This document shows, piece by piece, positions 20,442 through 31,205 of a stretch of DNA of 64,000 nucleotides. Both the position numbers and the translations under genes were made by a program. The notes under the pieces are model-generated. The model was not told the DNA's origin and searched no databases. It saw only the letters and a program-made list of their open reading frames with translations. How positions within the stretch are numbered: the stretch's first letter is position 1; every line of letters starts with the position of its first letter. The DNA is from an uncultured Planctomycetia bacterium (GTDB taxonomy: Bacteria > Omnitrophota > Gorgyraeia > CAYVEO01): the NCBI GenBank assembly GCA_964449965.1, contig CAYVEO010000003.1, forward strand, positions 1,052 through 65,051. Direction: 5' to 3'.

Positions 20442-22774
20442 TCTAATCTTTCCTTCGCATATTTTCCTTCATCCCTGTCTAAACTTGATAATTTCTCATA
20501 GACCTTCTCCGCCTCATTCCACTTATTCTGGCCCTCCAATAGACGAGCCACGTTTAGCTGGGCATTGACAGGCCAGTAAGGGACGTCAGGGAATAGATAT
20601 GCTGCCTTTAGATACTCGCGTTCAGCATCTTCTATCCTGCCCTGTTTCTCGTAACATTCCCCTATCCGAAACTGAATTTGACAATTTCTTGAGTTTTTTT
20701 CAGCCGTAAGAGATTTATTATACGCCTCTATAGCCTCATCGTACCTGCCATCATCCATGGCGAGCCTTCCTAATTTTTCGTATGATTCCTTCTCAAAATT
20801 GGTATCCGGATATCGTCTAATTACCTCTTTAAGACAGGCTCTCGCATCTGATTTTAACCCCTTTTTCATTAATATCTCTGCCATGTAGAAGACGGACTGT
20901 GGAGCAAATGGGCTGCCTGAATAGGAATCCTTAAGTTTCTTGAAATACTCGGACGCCGCATCATATAATTCTTTATCATAGTAGTACTGACCCAGCCAGA
21001 ATTGGACCTCAGGCAGGACACCTCCGGTTGGATACTGGGATATGTAACTTTTAAAGACTGATACCGCCTCTTTCTCATCTCCCTTTGCATAATAGGAAAG
21101 ACCCAGCCCGTATGTCCCCCTGTGAAACTCATTACTATCAGGATACTCTTTCATTAATTGTTTAAATATTTTTATAGAGTCATCGTATCTTGAGCTATTG
21201 AACAACGCATTGCCTAACTGGTATAAGGCAGAAACCCTGACATCGTCTTCTTTGGGAAGCTTATCTATGAGCTTCTCAAATTGTCCTATGGCGCCCTTAA
21301 AGTCACCTCTCCTTACATACGAAAGACCTATCTGATACTCTGCCTTGCTGTGTAATTTACTTTTAGGAAAATTTATCAGCACGCTCTGGAATGCCAAAGC
21401 ACTTGCAGTAAAGTTTTCCATCTTAAAAAGGACTATACCTAACTGATACTGGGCATAATCACCGTATAAACTGTCCGTATACTCTTTTAATACCACCTCA
21501 TACGCCTCTATCGCCTTCTTAAACTCCTTCTTTTCAAGCCATATATCCCCTATTCTGCATAATGCGCTGGCTTTAAGATTTACACTTTTAGCACTATTGC
21601 GCACCCCTTCAAATTCACTTATCGCATTTAGATAATCACCTTTTTTGAGATAAGCCCATCCTAAGTTATATCTAAAATCATCCTTTAATTCACTGTTTGG
21701 AAAACGTTTTATCCCCTCGTTGTAAGATAAAATAGCATCGGCAAACCTCGTCATGGCATATAGGGCATCCCCTTTCCAGAATAAGGCATCATCATTGAAT
21801 TCACTATCCGGAAATCGCTTTAAGAGCTGGTCATATAGTTCGCACGCCTGAGCATATTCTCCCAGATTACCGTAACACTGCCCCATTCTTAACATGACCG
21901 AGTCCATAAGCGGGTCTTTAGAAAACCGTTCTGCAAAACCTTCAAATGCCTCTAAACTCTCTATATATTTCTTTAATTTGAAATATGTCCAACCAACACC
22001 ATATCTGGCATATGCTGACAATTGACCCTTAGGCAGTAATTTTATTGCCTCATTGTATTCCTCTATCGCCTGATTAAAATTGCCTGAATAGTAATTCGCC
22101 TCTCCAAGAAAATATCTTGCCTCAGCCTTTCTGGAACTCTCAGGATAATCCTTTAGAAATGCATTAAAGGACGATATAGTTTCATCAAATTTTTTCAGGT
22201 TATATAATGATTCGATTAACCTGAATCTGGAATCTTCTACTACTTTTTCATCCGGGAAATCCTTTATAACCTGATTAAATTGAGAAACGGCATCGTCAAA
22301 TCGCTTGAGTTTAAAATAAGACCACCCTATTGAATATAAGGCATATACCCTGTACTTAGAATCCGGATGGTTATTAATGACCTTATCGTAAAATTCTATC
22401 GCTCCTTTATAGTCCTCAGCCCCGGAATGGGTCTCTCCTGTCCAGTATAGGACCTCATCTTCAAATCTTGGACTGTGGACTAATTGCAATTCCTCCTTTG
22501 CCTTATAAAATTTACCTGAGTGGTAGTGACCTTTGCCAAGCAGGAGGTGCACCTCATCAAGCCATTCGCTTCTCGGGTAATTCTTTAAATACTCTTCTAA
22601 CTGTGATATGGCAATTTCATAAAACCCATCTTCAAACGTCCTCCTTGCTACAAGAAAATCCTCATATTCCCCCCCTTCCTTAGCATATAATAGATTGGCG
22701 TAATAGGAAGGAAAGACTAAAGACATGAAAACCAGAAGACATACCCATTTAGACATAATTTTACTATACCACAA
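20417..22774 (-). CDS. Large TPR-repeat protein with a signal peptide.
   Basis: Signal peptide and more than 15 TPR-like units ('YRVYALYSIGWSYFKLKRFDDAVSQFNQV' etc.). Confidence 0.65.
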   Translation of the reverse strand: MWYSKIMSKWVCLLVFMSLVFPSYYANLLYAKEGGEYEDFLVARRTFEDGFYEIAISQLEEYLKNYPRSEWLDEVHLLLGKGHYHSGKFYKAKEELQLVHSPRFEDEVLYWTGETHSGAEDYKGAIEFYDKVINNHPDSKYRVYALYSIGWSYFKLKRFDDAVSQFNQVIKDFPDEKVVEDSRFRLIESLYNLKKFDETISSFNAFLKDYPESSRKAEARYFLGEANYYSGNFNQAIEEYNEAIKLLPKGQLSAYARYGVGWTYFKLKKYIESLEAFEGFAERFSKDPLMDSVMLRMGQCYGNLGEYAQACELYDQLLKRFPDSEFNDDALFWKGDALYAMTRFADAILSYNEGIKRFPNSELKDDFRYNLGWAYLKKGDYLNAISEFEGVRNSAKSVNLKASALCRIGDIWLEKKEFKKAIEAYEVVLKEYTDSLYGDYAQYQLGIVLFKMENFTASALAFQSVLINFPKSKLHSKAEYQIGLSYVRRGDFKGAIGQFEKLIDKLPKEDDVRVSALYQLGNALFNSSRYDDSIKIFKQLMKEYPDSNEFHRGTYGLGLSYYAKGDEKEAVSVFKSYISQYPTGGVLPEVQFWLGQYYYDKELYDAASEYFKKLKDSYSGSPFAPQSVFYMAEILMKKGLKSDARACLKEVIRRYPDTNFEKESYEKLGRLAMDDGRYDEAIEAYNKSLTAEKNSRNCQIQFRIGECYEKQGRIEDAEREYLKAAYLFPDVPYWPVNAQLNVARLLEGQNKWNEAEKVYEKLSSLDRDEGKYAKERLEWIKKNIK

Positions 22775-22924
22775 GATTTACCGTATTTCAAGAAAATTCC
22801 TCACTTCGCTTTCGCTCAGTTCGTCATTTCTTATACTTTACTATACTTCAAGGATTTTTTAGAATTTTATGAAAAAATGAGGTGATAGAAATGGTTGAGC
22901 AAAAGATAAGGACACGAGGGACAA

Positions 22925-23425
22925 CTAAACATTTACCAATGTGTCTAAATAGTTGATGAAACGCCCAATCTCTTCTCTCAACAAATTTACTATCTTTGGT
23001 AATTCCCTGGAGAGAATCTTTACACGTTCAGGGTCTAAAAGAAATCCGTAGACATTACGAAATACGTGCCTGAATCCAAGATAATTATGGAGTCTTGCTG
23101 AAAGTTCATCAGATATTACTGATGGACGAACACCATCAATATTCAAACTCATATCTATAAGAATCTGTTTATGCCAATCCTGACCAACAGGAATTCCTCC
23201 GTTCAACTCATGAGCAATACGTCGGAAGATTGCCTCAACACCGTTATAAAAATCGTGGAGTATGGAGCCGGCTGCTCTAATATCATAAGGAGACGGTTCA
23301 GAAGCGTTAATCTTTTCTTGCAATCCTATCAGTTCTTGTTCAAGTCTATTTAATTGCTCTATCTCACGCTCAATTTCTGCTTTAAGACGCAGGAGTTTTT
23401 GTTTCTCCTCTGATGGTCCCTCCAT
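22925..23425 (-). CDS. HEPN-type (HI0074-like nucleotidyltransferase substrate-binding) toxin component.
   Basis: Helical protein with 'GFRHVFRNVYG' (Rx4-6H-like HEPN region). It overlaps the upstream MNT gene by 44 bp. Confidence 0.55.
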   Translation of the reverse strand: MEGPSEEKQKLLRLKAEIEREIEQLNRLEQELIGLQEKINASEPSPYDIRAAGSILHDFYNGVEAIFRRIAHELNGGIPVGQDWHKQILIDMSLNIDGVRPSVISDELSARLHNYLGFRHVFRNVYGFLLDPERVKILSRELPKIVNLLREEIGRFINYLDTLVNV

Positions 23426-23792
23426 ATAAGAGCCTCCCTTCTTTCATGATTTTTCCCTTCAAATCCTGTGGACAATCTTCCAGTGGAACTATGTTGACAA
23501 TAAATTCTTTACCTTCAGACAGATGGCCAACTGCCTCAAAGTATCGAATACCGTTCAATCCTTCAACAGCCAGGTCAATATCAGAACCCCTCATAAAATC
23601 ATATCCTCTTGCTAAGGACCCAAAGAGATATATCTGACGCGCTTTGTATTCTTTTACCAAAATCTGAGATATAGAACTCGCCGTGCGTAAGGCATCCTTT
23701 CTTAAAGATAACCTCTCCTTCTGTTCGGCAGTAAGTTTTTCTCTCCATGCTTGAATATATTTTTTATAATCCATAAATACCCCTGACCTCAT
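23382..23792 (-). CDS. Minimal nucleotidyltransferase (MNT) antitoxin partner.
   Basis: 'LFGSLARGYDFMRGSDIDLAV' nucleotidyltransferase motif. Confidence 0.65.
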   Translation of the reverse strand: MRSGVFMDYKKYIQAWREKLTAEQKERLSLRKDALRTASSISQILVKEYKARQIYLFGSLARGYDFMRGSDIDLAVEGLNGIRYFEAVGHLSEGKEFIVNIVPLEDCPQDLKGKIMKEGRLLYGGTIRGETKTPAS

Positions 23793-23879
23793 AAATTTTT
23801 ATTCATCCATCTAATATCTTACCACAAATTTCTCAAAAAGCAAGGAAAATTAAAAAAATTTTTGTAAGGATTGGGTAGG

Positions 23880-24198
23880 ATCTTGATAATTATCCCATAC
23901 ATCCACCTTTCCTATACCCCATTTAAAACATCCGGATTCAAAAGTCATCGCAGTAAGGTCACCATTACCGAGTGGAGCCCCACACTGCCAGTAGGGTAGA
24001 TTTTCCAGACCTCCTTACTCCAACGATGGATATAACCTTATCAGTGTTTATAAACTTTAATATTTTTTTCAGATGGTTTTCCCGGGGATAACCTGTGTTT
24101 AAATCATTCTTCCAGAAATTCCACGTGTTTAATATCTCAATAATTCTTTCCTTATTCATATTACAAATCTCCTTATATTTGTCATTTGTATATGACAA
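23880..24198 (-). pseudogene. Remnant (N-terminal ~100 codons) of a COG1373-type AAA ATPase (DUF4143).
   Basis: 'IVGVRRSGKSTLL' P-loop, then a frameshift. The shifted frame still reads '...GDLTAMTFESGCF' (like YINFED). The gene is truncated before the MNT gene. Confidence 0.5.
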
Positions 24199-24245
24199 AT
24201 ATGCAATATCTCCTTCAAAATGTCAAGTTTTAATTTTACGGATAA

Positions 24246-25298
24246 TTACTCATATTTTAACAAAGCCGCATAGCCTGAAAATCCTGCCCCAAAAGAAGCC
24301 ATGATAATGTTATCGCCTCTCTTGAGCCTTCCTTTTTCAAGGATGTCTCTTAATATATACAGGACTGTAGGTGAAGACATGTTCCCGTATAGAGAAAGCA
24401 CCCTTCTGGAATATGATAGGGCTTCTTGATTTAATCCTAAGACACTTTGAATTCTATCCAGCACCCTTCTACCACCGGGATGTATAGCCCAAAACGTGAT
24501 ATCCTTCATCTTTAAATGGTTCTTCTTAAGTATAGAATCTGTTATTTCTTTAATGAGAGATGATGCTATATCAGGGATAGTCTTCTTTATAACATTCCTG
24601 AGTATGGAATTTTCTATTTTGAACCTCAATTCATCTCTATGCTCAGTCAGAATCCTGGATGAAAAATCCTTGAATCTTAATCCATTAATACCGTTCTTAT
24701 TAGTAAGGATACACGCTGCAGCCCCATCTCCAAATATTGAATTAGATAAAATTAATTCCGGGTCGTTACCCCATGAAGCTGCTGATGAGCATATCTCTGT
24801 ACATAGGACAAGTGCATTTGAATTATTATTAGCCTTCAAAAAATTATAAGCCCCCTGCAAGGCTGGCAACGCCGCTCCACAACCCATGCCAACGATGTCG
24901 TTCAGGTAAATGTCCCTTCTGAATCTGCCTTTTTCAACGATATATGATGTCAGACCCGGACATAGATAGCCAGTGCAAGTAGTGGTTATAAGACAATCTA
25001 TATCTTCTTCTTTTATCGTTGAATGCTTGAAGCATTTCTTTAGAGAAGCCATAGATAAACCAACGGCCTTTTTCTGGAATCTATCAATTATAATATCCTG
25101 ATTCTCTATAAAAATGTCTTCAACCTTATCCAATGCGAAATATCTCGCATTTATCCCCCCATCCCGCAGAAATCTTTTATATAGGATTTTCTCCTCTTGA
25201 GAGATGTTTTTGGAACTAAGGAGGAATTGCAATGCCTCATCCTGGGATAATTTTAGTTTGGGATTCGCAGTACTTATATTGGCAATTTTAATGTCCAT
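24246..25298 (-). CDS. Type III polyketide synthase (chalcone/stilbene synthase family).
   Basis: Catalytic triad contexts 'GMGCGAAL' (Cys), 'WAIHPGGRRVLD' (His) and 'LYGNMSSPTVLYIL' (Asn); 350 aa. Confidence 0.8.
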   Translation of the reverse strand: MDIKIANISTANPKLKLSQDEALQFLLSSKNISQEEKILYKRFLRDGGINARYFALDKVEDIFIENQDIIIDRFQKKAVGLSMASLKKCFKHSTIKEEDIDCLITTTCTGYLCPGLTSYIVEKGRFRRDIYLNDIVGMGCGAALPALQGAYNFLKANNNSNALVLCTEICSSAASWGNDPELILSNSIFGDGAAACILTNKNGINGLRFKDFSSRILTEHRDELRFKIENSILRNVIKKTIPDIASSLIKEITDSILKKNHLKMKDITFWAIHPGGRRVLDRIQSVLGLNQEALSYSRRVLSLYGNMSSPTVLYILRDILEKGRLKRGDNIIMASFGAGFSGYAALLKYE

Positions 25299-25325
25299 AG
25301 ATTAATATAAAGAAGAGCATGAGGA

Positions 25326-25352
25326 ATGTAGGACAGGTGTCTCGCCTGTCAA
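25326..25352 (+). repeat. Family-1 repeat fragment (copy D).
   Basis: 'gtaggacaggtgtctcgcctgtca' matches the outer arms of copies A, B and C. Confidence 0.45.
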
Positions 25353-25453
25353 TGGAATTTCAAAAATACTGCGCGAGTTCTATGAACTGGAGAATAATGA
25401 TGCACAATACCAGCGCGACTGAAATTACCAACAATATCTTAAAAGGTTTATCC

Positions 25454-26209
25454 TTATTGATATCTGACATGGTCATCTTCTTTTATACCTGCCTGTCTAT
25501 ATTCTGGGAGAATAACTGCTGAGGACATATTATCATAAACATCTTCTACCTTTATCTTACCTATCGTGTTACTATTCCTGACTATCGTCAATATCATTCC
25601 AGGTTCTATCGTGCTTCTGCGTCCCAGATTAGTTACTACAAAATTAAACTCCTTATTTACAACCAGGACCTGTCCTTCTATTTCTCCTTTTGGTCTGACT
25701 ACCACAGGTTTAAGTCCAACCCCTCCGGCAACCAATTCCTGCATATTCTCTTCAAGTTGTTCCTTGGCAAATCTGATTTGAGCAAGTTCTTCCTGGATAA
25801 CCTTGTTCTCCTCTTTCAATTTATCAATAGAAGCAGTCAAGCCCTCTACTTCCCTTTTTGAACCTTCCAGCGAAGAGTTTAATCTTTCCACATCCTTTTC
25901 CTTCTCTGCCAGATTCTGGGCAAGTTCATCCTTAGCACGCCTTTCAGTAACAATCTCTTCCTCAAGGGTACGTGCCCTTTCCTTCTCCCTGACAAGTTCT
26001 GATTCGGCAGTCTCTTTTAATTTTGTCATATTACCCAGGTCCACTTCTACCTTGGCTTTTTCCTGCGTCACAGTTGTAAGTTGGGTCTCTGCCTGAACCC
26101 TCTTGGACTTCTCATTGACCTTTACAGCAAACAATCTTAATACCACTAAAAAAGAAACTACGCTTACCACAAATAGTGCCATTATACTTATCTTCATTAA
26201 CTTATTCAT
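25454..26209 (-). CDS. Membrane-anchored coiled-coil protein with a small C-terminal β-rich domain (possibly periplasmic adaptor-like).
   Basis: N-terminal TM helix, ~130 aa of heptad-rich sequence, and C-terminal 'GQVLVVNKEFNFVVTNLG...GMILTIV'. Confidence 0.3.
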   Translation of the reverse strand: MNKLMKISIMALFVVSVVSFLVVLRLFAVKVNEKSKRVQAETQLTTVTQEKAKVEVDLGNMTKLKETAESELVREKERARTLEEEIVTERRAKDELAQNLAEKEKDVERLNSSLEGSKREVEGLTASIDKLKEENKVIQEELAQIRFAKEQLEENMQELVAGGVGLKPVVVRPKGEIEGQVLVVNKEFNFVVTNLGRRSTIEPGMILTIVRNSNTIGKIKVEDVYDNMSSAVILPEYRQAGIKEDDHVRYQ

Positions 26210-26227
26210 AACCCACTCCTCTCTTGA

Positions 26228-26275
26228 TTAAGCCCCGACGTAACGTCGGGGCAACTACAATATTTGAAATCCCTG
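26228..26275 (+). repeat. Family-2 repeat copy 1 (hairpin + AACTACAATATTTGAAAT).
   Basis: 'gccccgacgtaacgtcggggcaactacaatatttgaaatccctg'. Confidence 0.7.
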
Positions 26276-26327
26276 AATATGCTCTTATTATACTAACAGT
26301 ATATAAAAAGTCAATCTTTTTTTGTTC

Positions 26328-27839
26328 CTACTCAAATTTTATGTCCCATTTTTTAAACAGGGTGCCTTTGACATTTTCTAAGTTAGCAATAGATTTATTA
26401 TAGTCTATCGTTGCCTTCAGGCTATTTGACCGAGCCTTTGCCACGTCATTTTGAAATTCTAAAAGGTTGTGACTCGTAGCCAGCCCTTCTTCAAATCGTT
26501 TCTTCTCAGTCTCCAACTTACTCTCTTCCAATTGCAGGGCTATCTTATTAGACTCTATCCTGTTAAGGTCGGTTGCTATCTGCCGCACAGCCTCTCTCGC
26601 CTCCATGACAATATCCTGCTCTAATTTTTTAAACTTAACAAGTATCTGCATCTTCTCCAGTTTACTCTGCATATAGTCACTCCTGGCAGACTGATTCCCC
26701 CACGGCACTTGGACAGATAACCCGACTGACCATGAAGGGAAATCACCTGAACCTATATCATTCAGGCTGGATTCGTATTCTCTGCCCAAGCCGTTAATGC
26801 CAAGACTTCCTACAAGGTCTAAGGTTGGAAGAAGCTGATTCTTTGTCACCTTAAGACGGATGTCCTTATTCAGGATGTCCTTTTTAAGTCCAAGATAATC
26901 AGGGCGGTTCTCAAAGGCAGCGGCTATGCAATTCACTATATCCTGTCGTTCCATTTCTACCACAGGGCTGTCAGTAGGTTCTACATCCTTATCCCAGAGT
27001 GTCATATCGTCAATCATATGAGTCATTGATTTGAGTTTATCCGATGCATCCCGGACACTATCCTTTGCAGATATAATCTCAAGAGAACGGTTTGCTACAC
27101 CAGTCTCAGCCTCCAGGACATCAATAGGCGGCAGGAGACCGACGTCTACCTTGGCTTTGTTTATCTCAAGCAAATCCTTAGCCTCTTTCAAGGATAGTTC
27201 CTTCACCTTCAGGTCTTCTATCGCATAAACCATGTCCCAGTAGACCTTTTCCACGTCTAATACTGTCCTCATCACCTGAGCCTTGAACATCTCTTCTGAT
27301 ATTTCCTTATTGTTCCTGGCTATCACAATCCCTGACTCATTTACTGCTTTTCCAAAGTCTTTTAACAATGGCTGGGTCCACTCCCATAAAAGATTGGTTC
27401 CATAGGCTGGATTAGGGGACTGGAAAAATGCATTACTTTCATACCTGTTATTATAGAACTTCAATTCATAATTGCCGCCGGTTATCAACTTCTGCTCTAT
27501 CCCTGTATTCATATTAACTTGTTCCACAATAGATATATCAGCACCTGTAAGGAACGACGTCGCTGAAGGGATTTCAGACCTTTCATCAGTAATATCTATT
27601 GTCCAGACGGGGTCAAATTCAGCTAATTCTCTGGTTATATTAGTGTCCTGAATCAGGGGATTAAATCCCTCTATCTTTATATCCGGATTATTATTTAGTG
27701 CTAATCTTATACAATCCTGTAATGATAACCTCATTACCTCTTCATTCCCCGCGGCATTATCTCCGCCCCACCAGAGAAGCAGAAGAAATGTCACGAAGAC
27801 AAGTGATGTATTATGCCACGCCTTATCTTTTATGTACAT
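26328..27839 (-). CDS. TolC-family outer-membrane efflux protein.
   Basis: Signal peptide, 'LSLQDCIRLALNNNPDIK' OEP N-terminal motif and two-repeat coiled-coil/β architecture. Confidence 0.75.
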   Translation of the reverse strand: MYIKDKAWHNTSLVFVTFLLLLWWGGDNAAGNEEVMRLSLQDCIRLALNNNPDIKIEGFNPLIQDTNITRELAEFDPVWTIDITDERSEIPSATSFLTGADISIVEQVNMNTGIEQKLITGGNYELKFYNNRYESNAFFQSPNPAYGTNLLWEWTQPLLKDFGKAVNESGIVIARNNKEISEEMFKAQVMRTVLDVEKVYWDMVYAIEDLKVKELSLKEAKDLLEINKAKVDVGLLPPIDVLEAETGVANRSLEIISAKDSVRDASDKLKSMTHMIDDMTLWDKDVEPTDSPVVEMERQDIVNCIAAAFENRPDYLGLKKDILNKDIRLKVTKNQLLPTLDLVGSLGINGLGREYESSLNDIGSGDFPSWSVGLSVQVPWGNQSARSDYMQSKLEKMQILVKFKKLEQDIVMEAREAVRQIATDLNRIESNKIALQLEESKLETEKKRFEEGLATSHNLLEFQNDVAKARSNSLKATIDYNKSIANLENVKGTLFKKWDIKFE

Positions 27840-27857
27840 TACTTCTCCCCTTATCTT

Positions 27858-27904
27858 TAATTAAGCCGAGCAAGCTCGGCAACTACAATATTTTGGAATT
27901 CCTG
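27858..27904 (+). repeat. Family-2 repeat copy 2. The stem sequence differs but its complementarity is preserved.
   Basis: 'gccgagcaagctcggcaactacaatattttggaattcctg' abutting the folE stop codon. Confidence 0.7.
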
Positions 27905-28462
27905 CTAAGACCTTATCAATGACATTGCCTCAGCCCTGGTCTTCTCATTTTCCTTGAATATGCCCCTCACTACACTCGTTATGGTCATTGTCCCTGGCTT
28001 CTTCACGCCGCGCATACTGATACACATATGCTCTGCCTCTATGATAACCATAACCCCCATGGGTTTGAGTTTCCGCATGATAATCTCAGCTATATCTGTA
28101 GTAAGCCTTTCCTGAACCTGCAATCGCCTGGACAGTGTATCAACCACACGGACTAATTTACTCAATCCTGTAACCCTGTCACCTTTTGGAATATACGCCA
28201 CATGTGCCTTTCCAATAAACGGAAGTAAATGGTGTTCACACACAGAATAGATGGGAATATCCTTTAACAAAACTATCTCTTCATGGTTCTGTGCTAATAA
28301 AACCTCCAACTCCTCCTCCGGGTCCTGCCCCATACCGCTGAATATCTCCTGATACATCTCAGCAACCCTGTAAGGGGTCTTGGACAAGTCTTTGCGAGAC
28401 AAATCTGCACCGAGCCCTTCCAATACCATTTTCATCCCTTTTTCTATCTTAACCTTATCCAC
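27905..28462 (-). CDS. folE: GTP cyclohydrolase I.
   Basis: '[21 protein letters not shown]' active-site region; 185 aa. Confidence 0.9.
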   Translation of the reverse strand: MDKVKIEKGMKMVLEGLGADLSRKDLSKTPYRVAEMYQEIFSGMGQDPEEELEVLLAQNHEEIVLLKDIPIYSVCEHHLLPFIGKAHVAYIPKGDRVTGLSKLVRVVDTLSRRLQVQERLTTDIAEIIMRKLKPMGVMVIIEAEHMCISMRGVKKPGTMTITSVVRGIFKENEKTRAEAMSLIRS

Positions 28463-28474
28463 TTTACCTCCTCC

Positions 28475-29866
28475 TTATTTCCCAATGCAAAACTGAGAGA
28501 ATATAAATTTCAGAACATCTTCAGTAACAACTTCTCCTGTTACCTCGCCTAATCCCTCCAGTGCCTCTTTAATGTCAATCGCAGCAAGTTCTGCAGGCAT
28601 TTCTTTATTTAGACCATCAATAGCCCTGTCTAAAGCCTCTTCAGCCCTTCGGACCAAATCCCTGTGCCTGATATTGGTAATAATCACTTCATCATTCGCT
28701 GCTATCTTACCTCCCCAGACCATGTCACTAATAGAATCTTCCAATGACTCTAACCCTAATCTGCAAGCGGCAGAGACCTCAACGATGGTATTGCCGGACA
28801 ATAATCCTGCCACCTCTTGAATGTCTAACCTCCTTGGTCTATCTATCTTATTGATGACCACTATTGCCTTCTTTTTAGTCAGGCTTCCCAGTATTCTCCT
28901 GTCATCCGTAGAAAGCGCCTCGCTTCCATCTAATACTGCCAATATCAGGTCTGCCTTCTCAACGCAATCCCATGACCTCTCTATACCTTTTTGCTCAATG
29001 AGTTCTTGTGATTCAGTAATACCTGCAGTATCAGCTATTCTTAACAGGATACCTCTAACATTCACTGCCTCCTCTATCACATCTCTCGTAGTCCCTGGTA
29101 TAGGCGTAACAATTGCCCGCTCTTCTTTTAATAATGCATTCAATAATGATGATTTGCCTACATTTGGCCTGCCGCAGAGCACTGTGAATAAACCGTTTCT
29201 CAATATTATTCCTGTAGAACTTGTCTCTAACAATTTTTTTAACTTCATCTTCAATTCTATCAACTCGTCTTTTATGCTGGCTTGAGATAGCACCTCTATA
29301 TCATCTTCAGGGAAATCTATAGATGCCTCTATGTTTGCATAAATCTCAAAGAGTTTTTTCTTAACACATTCTAAATATTTTGAAAGTCCCCCGTCTAATT
29401 GGCGAACTGCAGTCTTAAGTCCTGCATCAGTCTTTGCATGGACAATGTCCAGGACTGCCTCTGCCTGGGAAAGGTCTATCCTTCCATTCAAGAATGCCCT
29501 TTCAGTAAACTCACCCTGCCTCGCCAGCCTTCCCCCCATACTTAAAGTCAATTCCAGGACCTTTCTCATCGCCACGAGCCCGCCGTGGCAGTTGACCTCA
29601 ACGATGTCCTCTTTGGTGTAGGTACGGGGTGCACGCATTACCGTAAGAAGGACCTCATCCAGGACATCCCCATTCTCATCCATGATATGACCATAATGGG
29701 TCGTGAATGACTTTGCCCCTGTAATCACCTTCTTTCTATCTGCAGGACAAAATATCTTGCTTGCGATAAGAATAGCATTTCTACCGCTCATCCGCACTAT
29801 CCCTATCCCGCCCTCTCCTATAGGTGTAGAAATAGCAACTATCGTGTCATCAGTACCATTAATCAT
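28475..29866 (-). CDS. mnmE: tRNA modification GTPase MnmE.
   Basis: N-terminal THF-binding domain, G-domain 'GRPNVGKSSLLN' and the C-terminal 'CIGK' motif. Confidence 0.9.
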   Translation of the reverse strand: MINGTDDTIVAISTPIGEGGIGIVRMSGRNAILIASKIFCPADRKKVITGAKSFTTHYGHIMDENGDVLDEVLLTVMRAPRTYTKEDIVEVNCHGGLVAMRKVLELTLSMGGRLARQGEFTERAFLNGRIDLSQAEAVLDIVHAKTDAGLKTAVRQLDGGLSKYLECVKKKLFEIYANIEASIDFPEDDIEVLSQASIKDELIELKMKLKKLLETSSTGIILRNGLFTVLCGRPNVGKSSLLNALLKEERAIVTPIPGTTRDVIEEAVNVRGILLRIADTAGITESQELIEQKGIERSWDCVEKADLILAVLDGSEALSTDDRRILGSLTKKKAIVVINKIDRPRRLDIQEVAGLLSGNTIVEVSAACRLGLESLEDSISDMVWGGKIAANDEVIITNIRHRDLVRRAEEALDRAIDGLNKEMPAELAAIDIKEALEGLGEVTGEVVTEDVLKFIFSQFCIGK

Positions 29867-31205
29867 TTAAACTCTCCATCGCCTCGCCAACTAAGTAGAG
29901 TGAACCTGTAATTAATATCAAACTATTATCGGAACAATTAGAGACTGCCTCACGAATAGCCTCTCTGACATTATCCCGCATGATAGACTCCCTGCAAAAC
30001 CTGCTTAACCTTGCATTTAAACTAACAGGCTCTTCTGCCCTTGGGCTATTTGCCTTTGTAAATATTACTTTATCTGCCATGGGGCAAAGTTCCTTCCCGA
30101 GCCCTTCTATATCCTTATCACTTGAAATACCCAGGATTAGCATCACCCTCTTGCCTTTGAACAAGTCATTGACCGTGGCTTTTAACGCCTTAGCAGATGC
30201 CCTGTTCTGTGCACCATCTACGATTATCAGCGGCTCCCGGCTCAATATCTGAAACCTGCCATGCCACTCTACCTTTTCAAGCCCATTCTTAATCGCCTCT
30301 TGAGCAATAGATATGCCATTGAACCTTAATAACTCCACAAGCCCCACTGCTGTAGCCCCATTGACAATCTGGTGTCTCCCAATTAGCGGAATAGAAAGGG
30401 CAGGATATTCACTCCATATCCCGGTAATATTAAACGTGCTGCCTTCAATAGATGAGTTTATTACACTATATGATATATCCTTACCCACCTCGTAGAGTCT
30501 GGCACCCATACCCTCTGATACCTCACGGAGGACCCTTGCCGCTTCTTCCTCCTGCGGTGCAGATACTACAAAAGAACCTTCCTTTATAATCCCTGATTTC
30601 TCTTTTGCAATAAGTGTAAGAGTAGAACCTAACTTATCTGTATGGTCATAACTGATAGGTGTAATACCACAGGCAATAGGCTGGACTACATTCGTTGCAT
30701 CCAGCCTCCCGCCCATTCCAACCTCAATAACGCCGATATCCACACCCCTCTCTGCAAAGAATTCAAATGCCATGGCAGTATAAACCTCAAAGAAGGTAAT
30801 CCCATCCATACCTTCTTCCTGCTTCACATTTTCTACGACAGGTTTTATATTTGTTTCAATGAGTTCACAAATCTCATCTTCACTGATAAGTCTATCTTTA
30901 CCGTCCTCCCGGTCTATGAGCCTGATTCTCTCTCTGAAATCCACCAGATGCGGTGATGTATAAAGCCCGCACCTTTTGCCTGCCTCTCTTAATATGGAGA
31001 ATACCATAGCACATACAGAACCCTTGCCTTTAGTCCCTGCAACATGGATAGTCCTGAATTTATGCTGGGGATTGCCTAACTCTTTAAGGAGTCTATACGT
31101 CCTCTTTAACTTAAGGTCTGTAGAGTAAGAAAAAACCTTCTTCTCATAGTTGACGAACGAGTCAAGATACGCCACCGCCTCACTGTATTTCACATTGTTT
31201 TCCAT
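29859..31205 (-). CDS. folC: Folylpolyglutamate synthase / dihydrofolate synthase (Mur ligase family).
   Basis: 'IHVAGTKGKGSVCAM' P-loop. Confidence 0.85.
   Translation of the reverse strand: MENNVKYSEAVAYLDSFVNYEKKVFSYSTDLKLKRTYRLLKELGNPQHKFRTIHVAGTKGKGSVCAMVFSILREAGKRCGLYTSPHLVDFRERIRLIDREDGKDRLISEDEICELIETNIKPVVENVKQEEGMDGITFFEVYTAMAFEFFAERGVDIGVIEVGMGGRLDATNVVQPIACGITPISYDHTDKLGSTLTLIAKEKSGIIKEGSFVVSAPQEEEAARVLREVSEGMGARLYEVGKDISYSVINSSIEGSTFNITGIWSEYPALSIPLIGRHQIVNGATAVGLVELLRFNGISIAQEAIKNGLEKVEWHGRFQILSREPLIIVDGAQNRASAKALKATVNDLFKGKRVMLILGISSDKDIEGLGKELCPMADKVIFTKANSPRAEEPVSLNARLSRFCRESIMRDNVREAIREAVSNCSDNSLILITGSLYLVGEAMESLND

Noticed and set aside
22775-22924. Possible promoter or attachment site at the boundary of the AT-rich islet.
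   Set aside because: No clear -35/-10, direct repeats or tRNA fragment could be identified by eye.
25319-25522. Plus-strand 67-aa ORF.
   Set aside because: It overlaps the repeat fragment and the start of the coiled-coil gene and has no RBS. Likely spurious.
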